DNA of 64,000 nt from Vicugna vicugna (taxonomy: Eukaryota). The position numbers and the translations under genes are program-made. The notes beneath the pieces are model-generated. The model worked only from the letters and a program-made list of their open reading frames with translations, did not search any database and was not told the DNA's origin. Of this stretch, positions 1 through 11,864 are shown piece by piece. The stretch lies in the NCBI GenBank assembly GCA_013265495.1, contig MU062133.1, forward strand, positions 16,294,899 to 16,358,898, read 5' to 3'. Positions within the stretch are counted from its first letter, which is position 1. Each line of letters starts with the position of its first letter.

Positions 1-128
1 AAAAATGTGACAATGAGTGTGTATATGTCCATGAATGACTGAAAAATTGTGCTGAACACTGGAATTTGACACAACATTGTAAAATGAGTATAAATCAATA
101 AAAAATGTTAAAAAAATTTAAAAAAAGA
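1..128 (+). mobile_element. LINE-1 3' end with A-rich tail (camelid-type young L1, recalled)
   Basis: gactgaaaaattgtgctgaacactggaatttgacacaacattgtaaaatg...tcaataaaaaatgttaaaaaaa; truncated by the window edge. Confidence 0.7.
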
Positions 129-177
129 CTTACAACTTGTTGTTAAAATGTGAATAATCTTAAAGTTAAAGTAGATG

Positions 178-229
178 CATATATATATATATATTATATA
201 TATATATTATATAATATATATATATATAT
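178..229. repeat. (TA)n microsatellite, interrupted
   Basis: Direct reading. Confidence 0.95.
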
Positions 230-1784
230 CTCTCCAAATTTTGCTTTAGAGTATTTGAAGGTAATCAGTTTCATTTCCCATATGACAGTATAAAGGGCCA
301 GGTCTGTGGCTGCAGGCAGAGTCCTCTCACCAGCCAGGCACTGCACAGAGCTGCTGTCACTACTGTTTATTGCCTTTGCACCCAGACCCACCCTCTTCAG
401 TCAGAACTGCCAACTCCCTAGGTGCCTGTCCTGCCCCCTCACCGATTTCTCTGCACTGACCACTTACCCCAGTGCCCACCCTGGAAAGGCACAGCCCCGC
501 AGTCCTGGGTGGGGGTTTCTCTGGCACTCAGAAGTAGCAGTGAGGAGCATCCCCAGCCCCTCTTCCCAGGGGCCCCTTGATTCTTCCTCATTCCCTACAA
601 GAAATCACAGGGCCTAGTAGCAGCCCAGAGCCAGCTACAGATCTCCCTGAAAAAGTTCCCGTCGGTTCAGGACTGCCTCCAACGTGTTGCGCCCTGGCCT
701 GTGTCAGGCACGGTGCTGGGCTGTTACACAGGGGATCTTAATCCCTTACCACGGCACCAAATTCTAGGTGGAGATTCGGCCTATCTCCATGCAGGTGAGA
801 GAGCTGACTAAACTGAGCCTCTTACCAGGGACCCTCCCTCACAGCCTCTCTCAGACGGTCAGTCCCTGGACAGCCCCTCCTGTGCCTTTCTTCCTATTTT
901 TAGTCCACCTTGTCACATTTTTGTTAACTTGCACAAAAATAGCAAGGTCCTACTGGTTTGCCAATGCGGAACCTATTTAATTTTTTAAAAAATATTGATG
1001 AGTATTTACACAGAGTGAAATGCATGGCTCTGAACAGTCCATGAGCCTGGAAAGATGCATAACCCACACCCTATTCAGCAAACAGAATGTTTCCATTGCC
1101 ACAGAAAGACAGAGCCCTTGTGCCCTCTCCCACTCAGTCCTTACCCTCCAGAGGAGACCGTGGGGAAAGGTGTATGTTTTAGGATCTCCCTGTCTGTTCC
1201 AGCAGGTGGAGGCAGGGGAAGGAGCACTGGGGAGCCAGCGGAGGGAGCACAGATACTCTCAAGGTCTGGGAAGTGCAGCCTGTGGCAAGGGTTCAGTCTC
1301 CCTTCATCCTACAGCAGCAGCATGCCTCTTGCTGTTTCTTCCCTTCCCCTCCAAAAGAAACAGCTTCCAAGAGAGGCTCTCCAGATGCTCTAGCACATCT
1401 CCCTGGTGGCCCCTCTCACCAGAGCTCGAAGCCTGCCCCCAACCCTTCCACCCCCAACACAGCCTCGGGGCTCACCCCACTCCCTCGAGCTCCCGCTTAA
1501 CTGCAGCTCTGACTCCCCCTCCTCCTGCTTCGGCTCCAGGGCCCCAACTGGAGCCCTGGGGGGCAGCTGAATCAAGTCAACCACAAAACAGGACACACAT
1601 GGGAACAGCCAAGAGGCCCCGATGAAGAAACGGGCAAGCAGCCTTCGCCTTCACAGCTGTGACTGCATCCAGGCTCCCCTCTGCATTCCTGCTGAGAGTC
1701 TGAGGGCATCCTGTCCAACTTGTCCACAAAAACAATCCTTGTCAGGCTCATCTCAGCCTTGTTTATGATGGTGAAACAACCTGG

Positions 1785-2070
1785 GAACGAGCCAAACGTC
1801 AACATTGGGGGATTCATTAAATAAACCAGGGTGCCATCTATACAATAGAAAACTGTGTTTCCATTAAAAATAACATTGAGGAAGAATATGAATAGACATG
1901 GAAAGCTGGGTGGGTATATTGCTAAGTTTTAAAGGCATCTCACAAAATAACAAAGCGTTAACTGTTGTTCTCATCTGAGTGTTAGGATTGTGGGTGATCA
2001 TTACATCCTTCTCCTGATCTGCCAGTACTTTGTGCAATGCGTATGGAATATTAAATAAAAGTGATTTATT
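1785..2070 (+). mobile_element. Ancient L1M 3' fragment
   Basis: Degenerate match to L1 3' region (...cattgggggattcattaaataaacc...tatacaatagaaaact...). Confidence 0.5.
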
Positions 2071-2424
2071 TATTGAAGGTGCCCAGCTTTACACTGTTAA
2101 ATGGGGAGGAACACAGCATACACAGGAAGCATAGAAATGCTACCACAGCAATTTCATTTGCAGAATTGAGGCGAGTGGCACTGCGCTTCCCACAGCCCTC
2201 TGGTCAGGAGCCTGTGGCTGCCTCACTCTCTTCACAGGATCTTACTCCACCCAGGGGCTTGCACGCATGCCTCACCTTTTGGAGGACATTGGTGGGTTTA
2301 CACCCTGAGGAAGGCTGGCTGTGCTCGCTGTCCCTTGTGCAAGGTCGCCAGCCTCCTGGCTTGACTCTTTCCTCTGCCTGAAGAGCCCTCTGGCACAGCT
2401 CAGCATACATAAATTCCACCCATT

Positions 2425-3071
2425 CGTTGTAGGCAGAAGAATGGCTCTCCAAGGATGTCCACGCCCCAGTCCCTGGATGCTGTAAATATGCTACCTTGCA
2501 AGGCAAAAGGGGCTTTGCAGGTGTAATTTAGGTTACAGACCTGAAAATAGGTTGATTAGCCGGGATTGGCTCTTCCTCCAGCTGGGGTCAGAAGACAAGG
2601 CAGAAGTCAGAGACATTCAAAGCGGGAGAGGACTCAACCCCCACTGCTGGGGGATGGGTTAGGGCACGTGAAAAGCATGAGGAGGACTGTGAGTGGCCCC
2701 GAAGAGTAAAGACAGGCCCCTAGCTGACAGCCTGCAGGACACAGGACCTCAGCCCCGCCATCACAGGAACTGAATCTGGCCAAAACCCGAATGGGCTCAG
2801 AAGCAGATTCGTCTGTGGAGCCTCTAGAACGGAATGCTGCCCTGTCCGCACCTTGACTTTGACCTTGCGAAACTAAGCAAAGGACCCAGCAGAGCCACAT
2901 GGCACCCACATAGCCGACTTGCAGAACTGTGGGATAATTACTCTCTTGGCAACTCTCAAATACACAGCACAGTATTATTAACTATAGTCACCATGCTGTA
3001 TCTCACAAGGTGGTTTTTTGCTGCACCAAATTTGTGGTAATTTTTAATGGCAGGAATAGAAAACCAACACA
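2425..3071 (+). mobile_element. MaLR solo LTR (MLT1D-like)
   Basis: Typical start gttgtaggcagaagaatggctctccaaggatgtccac and end tttgtggtaattt...aatagaaaaccaacaca. Confidence 0.8.
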
Positions 3072-3074
3072 CCA

Positions 3075-3400
3075 TCCTTCAGCGCCATCATTCAGTATAA
3101 ATGCCACTTCCATGAAGCCTCCTCTGGTTTCTCCATCTACAGATGAGTGTCCCCTCTGAAGCACTCTGCCCATGAGTCTCTTCAGCCATTACCATGGACC
3201 ACCTGGCATTAGGGTTATTTATGTACATGTCGTATTTCTCTCATTAGACAATGTGCTACTCAGGGCAGCATCTGAAACTTCTCTTTATTTTCCTTCCAGG
3301 GCATAGCATATACCTCATATGTAATCAGTGCTAAATTTTTGTTGGAAGGATGTTTCACAGCCTGTACAAGATGGTTCTTGTTTAATAAAATGAATTACTG
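3075..3400 (+). mobile_element. L2 3' fragment
   Basis: Degenerate L2 tail (aaatgccacttccatgaagcctcct...attagacaatgtgct...aatttttgttggaaggatg). Confidence 0.5.
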
Positions 3401-3999
3401 TGGCAATTAGCAATTGAAAGCTGGATCCTAGAGATATTTGCACATATAGAAAGGAATAGCTGATTGATGATGGATACTGACAGCATAAGAAAGACTAGAA
3501 TGTGCAAAAGTAGGGTATACTAATTTGGGGATGCTTGGAATTGTGCTCTGGCTGTCAGCTCTGAGATGTAAATGAATACACAAAATAAACAAGATTGAAA
3601 GCTGGGATCTAAATGTTTTAGAATATAACCTCTTAAAAGATTCAACTTCTTGGCAACATGATGTTTTAATTAAATGAATGTTCTTTTTCTGCTTCAAATG
3701 GATAGAAATGTTGTAGAAAATGTAATGTAACACCCAGCTGAGCTCAAAAGAGAGAAAGGGAGACCCTCCTCCAAGTTCCAAAAAGAAGAGGGAGCTTAAA
3801 GTCAGAACATCAGGAACAAGAGCCCCTGAGAAACCTCACAGTCCAGCTGGGGCAACTACCAGGTGACAGAGATTCTGTTACCCTTGGTCCCCAAGGGACT
3901 ATGCAGAGTGGACCCTCACCAACACCCTCTGATGTTGACAGAGGAATGAAGAAGCAGAGTGAATCCCAAGCATCATAAATAAACAGTTAACTCATACCT

Positions 4000-5830
4000 A
4001 GATAACGGAGTATCATAAATAAAATACTTGAACAGAAGAAAAGCCACCAGTGAGAGATATATTACCTGCAAAAGAATGGCAATTAGACTGACATCAGAAC
4101 AACATATTCCAAGGACAGAGAGAAAAATAGCTGCTTCCTAGAATTCAATACCCAACTACATCACTATTTGAGGATGAGGGGGAAATAAAGATATCTTTAC
4201 CAAAAAAAGACTGAGTTTACCATTCACAAACTCTGACTGAAAAACTACTAAAGGACATGTTCCTTAAAGAAGGAAACTGAACCCAGGAGGAAGGAGTGGG
4301 ATATAAAGGCAGTGATGGAAAAAACAAAGGTAAACAAATGAATAGGACGAAACTGTACCTCAGTAACAACAACGACTAAAGAAAGTGTTAAAACAAGGTG
4401 ACGCTCCTTAGTTACAGAGACATGGAGGAAGACGGGACGTTCAGAGTCAATGCATTGTAAGGTTCTAAACCTGTTTGGTTGCAGCATATAGATATTAATT
4501 AAACACAGGTTTTTCTACATACAGTGTGGATGTTAAAAATGTAAAGATCACCTCTGAAAAGGAGAAACAGAACATAGAACAGTCAAACTAGTAGAAAGAA
4601 CAGGGTGGGAAGGAGGGAAAAAGCTTGATTCAGCCAATGGAAGACCATGAGAAAAAGAAAGAGAACAAGTTTCAATAGAGAAATACTAAATGAAATGATG
4701 GAAATTAAAATACAGTATTAATCCCAATACTGTAAATACATCATTTTGCCAATTAAAAGAGAACCTCACATTGCATTTAAAAGCACACACGCACAGCCAT
4801 CACATACACAGTTTATAAGAGACGCCACTAAAACATGACATGAATAGTCAAAAATAAAGGAACAAAGAAGACCCAGAAATGTCAGTGTTGGGTATGCGCC
4901 TTAGAGAAAAACTCTCACGTGTTGCAGAAGGATGTTTCCCACAGTGTTGTGGGTAACAATGAAAGACTGGAAACAGCATGAACATCCATTGTATGGGGAT
5001 GAAAAAATAAAATTTGGTGTATACATATAATAAAACTCTATATAACAGATAAATGACTGAACTGGATCAAATGGGTCAAGATGGATACATATTAGAAGCA
5101 TAATAAATGGAAAAACAAGCTGCAGAAGGATTTCACCATATGATATTATGGATGTAGTTTTCTTTTTTTTTTTTTACGAATGGAGCTTTGTACTGAAGAG
5201 CAATATACTTACATAAAAATGTACAAATCATAATGAACATAATGAATTTTCCAAAGTGGCGTGCACTGTAACCAGCAGCCAGATTAAGAAATAGAACATT
5301 ACTGAGCATCCTGGAAGACCCCTGCCCTTCACTCTCCTCTAGTTTCTACACCACTCCAAAGGTCACTACTCTTGTAACCTCTCCTATAGGTTGGATTGTG
5401 TCTGGCTTCTTTAGTTCTAGATTATGTCTGGGAGATGCTTTCTTACTGAAGGACGTAGCTGTAGTTTATTCATTCTCTCTGCTACGCTAGGATTCCATTG
5501 TCTGCATGTGCCACGATTCATTGATGCCCTCTGTTGCTAGTCTACATTTGGGATTTTTTTTTTAGTTTGGAGCTGTTAGAAGCAGTGCTGCTATGCTCAG
5601 TCTTGGACTTCTCCTTCAGTGCATATGTGCATGCATTTCTCTTGGGTAGACTTTCACCATCTGCTGGGTCAAGGGGAAGGCAAACTTTCAACTTTTGGCA
5701 GACTCCAAAACTGTTCTCCCATTGGCTTTTACCAATTTACTTTCCCAGTAGTGTGTAAGAGTTCCAGTTACTCTCCATCTTATTCACTTTTGATTTTTTA
5801 GTCTTTTTAATTTAGTCATTCTGGTGGTTG
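4000..5830. mobile_element. Cluster of old L1M fragments (sense ORF1/3' pieces about 4000-5150; antisense 3' piece about 5170-5830)
   Basis: A-rich then T-rich degenerate L1 motifs (ctagaattcaataccc, cattactgagcatcctggaagaccc). Confidence 0.55.
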
Positions 5831-6524
5831 ATGGGTGTGAATTTTAAAACACACTCATATACAACTATTGTACATTGCCTATGAATGAATATATATATAT
5901 TACATAATGTGTGTGTGTGTGTGTGTCTAAAATATAAAAACACGAATGGGGAGAACATACATCAGCCTTAGGTTACTGATTACCTCAAGGCAGAGAGGAA
6001 ACTCTGAGAGTGGGGAAATAAAATGCAAGGCTTCAACTGCACTTATTAATTTTTAAATGTGGGAAACAAATACGGGCAAACATGTCCAGAACTGGGTAGG
6101 AAGTCTACATGTCTTTTATTTTTTTCTCCATCTTACTTCTGTTTGATACCCTGAAGTGGCTGTTCAGGGTCTGGAAAGAGATGAAGGGCTCTGCCTCCTG
6201 CTGCAGGTACTTTCCTTCCGGCAATGAGCCAGGTGTCCCCCTTACCCTTGGATTCAGAGACTGGGTGGAGTGGGTAGAAAATAGAAAGACACGTCTGCAA
6301 GTGTGCTTTCCAGGGCTAGCAGCTAACTGAAGTGTGCAAAGTGAAAAATTACGAGCCAGCACCACCCGGTTGAAAGAGCGCAAACTTTGGCATCTGGAGA
6401 TCTGGGTTTAAGTCACTGCTCCGGCATCTCTGCTGTAAAAGTAGCAGCTTCCTCGCCAAGCACTGAGTTTAGTGCTTTACCTGCACATTCCGATGCCATC
6501 CTCCCCACAACCCTGTGGGAGAGC

Positions 6525-6790
6525 CAGCATTATCCCCATTTCACAGATAAGAAAGTGGAGGCACAAAGATTTAAGCAATTTGCTCAAATCACACAGCAGC
6601 TAAGCAGGAGTCCCAAGACTGGAACATGTCTGTTGATTTCAGAGCTAGTGCTTTTGACGGCACGACTGCGCCACCCTCTCCCCAGTGCCTCGGTTTCCTC
6701 ATCTATAAAATGGGTATGATTGTAAAATATACCTCATTGGTCTATTGCAAGAGTTACAGGAAACAGTGCAAGATAAAGTGCCTTGCAAGT
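6525..6790. mobile_element. MIR fragments in both orientations
   Basis: MIR core motifs ccccatttcacagataagaaagtggaggc and cctcggtttcctcatctataaaatggg. Confidence 0.7.
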
Positions 6791-9700
6791 TGCTGTACAA
6801 ATGTCAATTGTTGTCATTATCAGACAAGGTTAAACAGCATGAGTCACACAAGTGAGGGACTTTTTCCTTCCAGCCTTTGACAAAGGCCTGTGAAGACAGC
6901 TGGGTGACCTGATGGGCTCTCTGCCCTAACTGCATCCGTGACAGTCAGCTGTGGGGAGCTGAGAGCCAGCCTCCCGCCCTAGCCCAGTGTGCTGGGAAAA
7001 TCACATTTGTGTGAGAAGCTGAGACATGCTCATCAATCACTTTTGTCATTTGTGTCCAAATATAATAATATGAGCTGGTCTTACCTGGTTTAAGACCACA
7101 GCTATCTGTAGGCTGCCAGCTCCCCACCACCCCACACTTCACTATGGTCAAGAGTTTGACCCATTCCTGCATCTTCCCTGGACCCATGTTTTGGAAAGCT
7201 TACTCATGCTCTGCAGGCCATCTGTCCCCTTAGCTGCGGTCAAAGGCCTGGGAACAAACACATGCTCCAAAGCTCGGTGTGACCTCACTCACTCTTTCAG
7301 TCCTCATCACAGCCCAGCAGGGTTGGTATGATTATTCATGCCTATTTTACAGATGAAAAGACTGAGGCTCAGAGAAGCTAAGTGGCCCAACAGAGAAGGA
7401 AGAAGAGGAGAAGCAGAGGGGCTGGGCATGCCCACATGGGATACTCGGTTCCTAAATGACCAAGTCCTGCCTGCAGCACCCCTCCAGTATGTCACATGGC
7501 CAGGAGGTCCCCAGGAAATATACATCTCAGGGGAGGAAGAACACGAGGCAAACGCCTAGGTCAGTCTGTTTAAGCTCCTGGGTTAGGATAACTGGCTGCC
7601 CAGAGAAAGGACCCTGGTCTCCAGCCCAGCTGGGATGTGATGGAGATGGGGAGGCAGGAGGAGAGGGCAGCAAGCCACAGGCTGCCCAGACTCTCAGGAA
7701 TATGCTCTGTGCTCCCAGGGCTGATGTTCTGAGCACATCAGGGCAATGGGAAGAGCCCGGGCACCACTCTTCTTACACCCCTTCCTCCAACACTCAGGGC
7801 TCTGTCTCAGGAAAGATCTCAGAGTGAGAAGTCTCACGTCTCAAGCTCAAGCCATCACAAAGGCACAGTAGAAAGCTCTGCTCCCTTCCTCCCTGCTGAA
7901 AGATGTGTGTGTCGGGAGTGAGGGGGTGCGATGGTGAATGTCAGGTTGGAACAGAGGAGACAGGGCAAGGATGTGTGAGTATTTCTCATGGGCCACACTG
8001 GAGCAAGCTCTCCTGAGACTATTTCCATCCCTGGGCATAAAATGGTCCTTCCCTCTTGGGATTATATTGCCCCCTCCAGACAGTCCTCCTGAGTGGCTTC
8101 CTCCAGTGTGGCCATACTGGTTTGCCCTGAGGCTGGGGGGAGTGCAACTCACCCTCGCCCCCTTCCTCTTGCTGCCCTGCTGCCTCAGGCTGATGCAAAC
8201 AGCCACTCCAGCAGCTCTCAGGATCTGAGCCTCTGAGTGCTTCTCCTGAATCTCCCCTTCCCTGGCCTGGTGAGGGAAAACCCTGCCCCATATGCACACA
8301 CTCTTTAACAGGGAGGATATACATCTTGCTGTCTTCAAAGACATCCCTCAAGCTCTACATTTCATTTCTTTATTCCCTGCAGTAGGTGATGAGCTAAAGG
8401 TGGCAAAATTAGTTTCCAGCCACCAGCCCCCCGTCCCTGGCAAGTCTCGCATAAATGACTTAGCCCCTCACTTTGGAACAAGGGGATGCTTCGCACGTAC
8501 TGTCTCGTTCCCACCTGTAGGGCTTCAGAAGGATTCCCGTTGTAGCCTCTGGCCCTGGAACCTCGGCGACAGACAGTAGAACTTAAGCCCCTCCTTGTCA
8601 CAGTGTTTGCCTTGGGCTCCATGGTTTCCATATCTCCTTCCCACCCCGTGTGACTAGATTTCTATCATTTTCCCTGTAATATAACCTAAAGGTTGGATAA
8701 GAGAAGGCTCACTTGACTAGTTTAAAGCATCTGGAACAGGAACTAGGCAGCCTTGTCTTAAGCCTATCTCTCCCACTAAAAGGCTGTGGGAGCCTAGATA
8801 AGTCAACTACCCTCTCTGAGCTTACGTTTCTCAGCTTTTAAACAAAAAGCTTGAGCTTAATGGTTCCCAAGGTCCTTCCAGCTCTGGGATGCTGAGTTGG
8901 TCGAAATTCTACAAGGTCAGGGCCAGGCCAGTTCAAGGACAGAGATGATGCCAAAAACACTTTGGGCAGTGCCTGATCCTTCCATTCCCATCGGCGGACT
9001 GCTTTGTTTCAGGTGACAAGATTGTCACAGGATCTGTCTCCTGCCTTGGGGACATGTACTTCCCCAGTCCAGGATAGAGACAAAACAAAAGGACAGGTCC
9101 CTGAGCCTGGGGGGCCCCAGGGCAACGTCAAGCCTCAGGTCAAGGAAGCTGCGTGTTCCAAAGAGCCTTGTCCCAGGATCTAAAATAGGCAGCAAAGGGA
9201 AGGGTTTCCAGGCTCCCCCTCTGCTAAAGATAAAAATATCATGGGCTCGGGGATGTTCCCAGTCATAAATCAATCGGCTCGAACTATTTCTGTCTTTATC
9301 CCTTGCCCAGGGTTCCTCCTGCGACCTCCAGCCATCCTGTCCTCCCATCCTGGTTTCCTAGCCACCTTAGCTGGAGTAGGATGAAGTTCACCAGCTGCCT
9401 CTGACAGCAGTCCACAGCTCGGCCATGCCACTGGGAGAACCCTAACCTGCCTACAGGTGAACGGATAGGCATTCTGGGCCTCCACCAGCCTCTGGGAGCC
9501 TGGTGAGCATGGGTCCACTCTGACAGGTTTCCCCTCCTGCATGGCCTGGTCGCAGCCCATTTTCCAGGAGCTGGATGCCCGTGAGTGACCCCTCTGCACG
9601 GCTGTTTGTAGGGTTTCTCCCCCGTGTAGCTACAGAGACTGAAGTACTACCTCTTTAGGCCACTGGGATGATTAAATGAGACCCTCTAGAACATGTAATT

Positions 9701-10344
9701 TGGTACCTGACAAGTGGCAGGTGCTAAGAAAGTATGACTTGCCTTTCCCAGCCAGTCATTCACCTCAGCTCAGATTCCCATGGCCAGTCCACATCTTCAG
9801 AGAGCTTCTTTGAGATTTTTGTCAGTCCAAAACCCTAATGCAGCTTCAAATTCTGGTCTTTAAGAGATCTTTGAAGACACCTGGTCTACTCTAAAGTACT
9901 CAATCAGCTCCCTGGTAATTGCAGTGCTGCAGGGCCAGCTGGAGACTATGGTCTCATGTCCAGTCCTCCACTGCCCTCTGCAGGTTTCAGTGCAATACTG
10001 CAGGCAGTGCCGGGCACCCCTAACACGACACAAGACCAAGGGCCCACACTTTATATAGAGCTGAAGCAGTTACAGGTGAAGACAGCAGGGCAGGGCCAGG
10101 TGTCCGAAGAGGGCCACATCCCGGAATAGCACAGCGATTTATAGTTCACAAAGCACCTGCTTCTTGGATTTTCATGACAACATGTCTTGCCTCTGTTCCT
10201 AAGCTCAGAAGGAATTCACAGTCATTGTTCAGCCCTGACAGTCTCACTAAAAACAGCTGACACATTTCAGTTTCAGGCCATGTCCTAGAACAGTCCAGAA
10301 AATCCATGAAATGAACCTGTGCAAACCTCAATGCAAATACTGGC

Positions 10345-10372
10345 TTTATTTCTGAAGCTCTTCAGTTTTAAT
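10345..10372 (-). terminator. Distal poly(A) signals ATTAAA (10367-10372) and AATAAA (10345-10350)
   Basis: Tandem hexamers followed on the sense strand by GU/U-rich sequence (ttgaggtttgc...ttcatttc). Confidence 0.6.
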
Positions 10373-11284
10373 CATGCTATAAGACAGTCTAGAATATTCT
10401 GAGGAAAGGAATTTTGTAAGCAAGCGTGTGTGTGTGTGCATGCATCGGAGTGTCTGGTGTGAGCACTCTCTAGCAATGAAGGCTGGCTGAGATACGGCAG
10501 ATGCCAGCGTTTGATGTGATTATGATGATTAACAAGCAGTTCTCACTTGCCAACCAGCTGACAGTTTCATTTCTTAGTGATATCAAGCACCGGGCTCAAC
10601 TTCATGGTTTCCACTCTCTTCCGCGGCCAGAATCACGGACCCATCTGGCAGAAGGTTGGATGTTTTAAAAGTGAAGGCGCACGACAAGGTCACACTGCCC
10701 ACCCAGCACCAGACAGTGACGAAACCACCACAGGCAGAGGAGAGCCTGCCTTTCTCCTGTCCTCTTTTCCAACCTCAGGAACACAGGGGCATCTAAGCCA
10801 GGTTCATGAGGGCCAGGTACCACATCATAGTAAGGGAGCCAAGTCTCTGAGAGCTGCAGATCCCTTATATAACTGGAGTTTTCAGGTCATATATTTATAG
10901 ATTTTTATATCCAGAGAAGATCTGAGAGATTATTCCAGGCCAATCCTTTCATTTTGCAGTAAAATGAAGCACAGAAAAGGGAGGTGACAGTCTAAGATCA
11001 CACAGATAGCTAAGAGTCACGGTTGGGATGAGAACCCAGGCTCCCTGACTGTTTTTCTCTGGCTGATCTGGACTTGGGTAGCCTCATTTCTAGATGTAAA
11101 CTACTGGCTTCAATTGAAGAGTTTTAAATCTAATTTTTTTTATAATGCACAAAAAAGAAGAAACCAGCACATCGTAGGTACTCAGAAACTCAGAAAAGCT
11201 GGTTGGCTTTTGGTCTTGGGGAATAGTCTTACTTTATGCAGCTTAACAAGATTAAGTCCAATCAACCTTGAATTTGTTTCATTC

Positions 11285-11290
11285 TTTATT
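11285..11290 (-). terminator. Proximal poly(A) signal AATAAA
   Basis: tttatt on + strand, about 525 nt after the stop codon. Confidence 0.6.
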
Positions 11291-11813
11291 CTCTCCAATG
11301 ACCCCAAAGTGATTAGAGGTGTGAAGCTCGCTCCACTGTCCCACTGCAAGTCTGAGTGTGGATCTGAAGTTATACTATGATGTTCACAGGTTTGAAGGAA
11401 AGGCTTTCTGAGGAAGGGATGTAGATTTAGAGTAGCTTTGGTTCACTTCAGAGATTTGTGGGAGTCCTCTTCGAAGCACAATGTCAACACGAGGTTACAT
11501 AGGCTGTCCAGGAGTTGGGATGGAGCACAAACACTTCTTACACCTATTTCAAATACATGATTAAAGTAGACATGAAGTGACCATAATTGCCTGTTGGCCT
11601 CTTGGGCCTAACAGTTCTGAATTTGCTTATCATTATGGTTACAAATCATATTTTTGATCAAAATCTTCCAATGCATTCAATGTTCTTCCAAACACAATCC
11701 TGATGAATCACTGTTGTCATCCTGCAACTTTTACAGACTCATGTTCTGCAGGACGGGTTCCATCCTCCATGGAATCCCCAGTGTAGCATAAGACTCCAAT
11801 GGAGGCTCTTTCT

Positions 11814-11864
11814 TCAGACCCTCAGAGACCAGGGTTTACAGTTTGCTGGTCCATCAGTGACACA
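11814..11864 (-). CDS. XDH: XDH exon 36 coding part [16 protein letters not shown]-stop(TGA)
   Basis: TAG acceptor at 11865-11867; both C-terminal switch cysteines present. Confidence 0.97.
   Translation of the reverse strand, partial: CVTDGPANCKPWSLRV

Larger units (their letters stand above)
10345..11813 (-). other. XDH: XDH 3' UTR (long form, inferred)
   Basis: Follows the stop codon; candidate poly(A) signals at 11285-11290 and 10345-10350. Confidence 0.6.

Noticed and set aside
1020-1625. 201-aa plus-strand ORF downstream of XDH
   Set aside because: Low-complexity Pro/Ser/Leu composition typical of random GC-rich sequence; no homology recognised.
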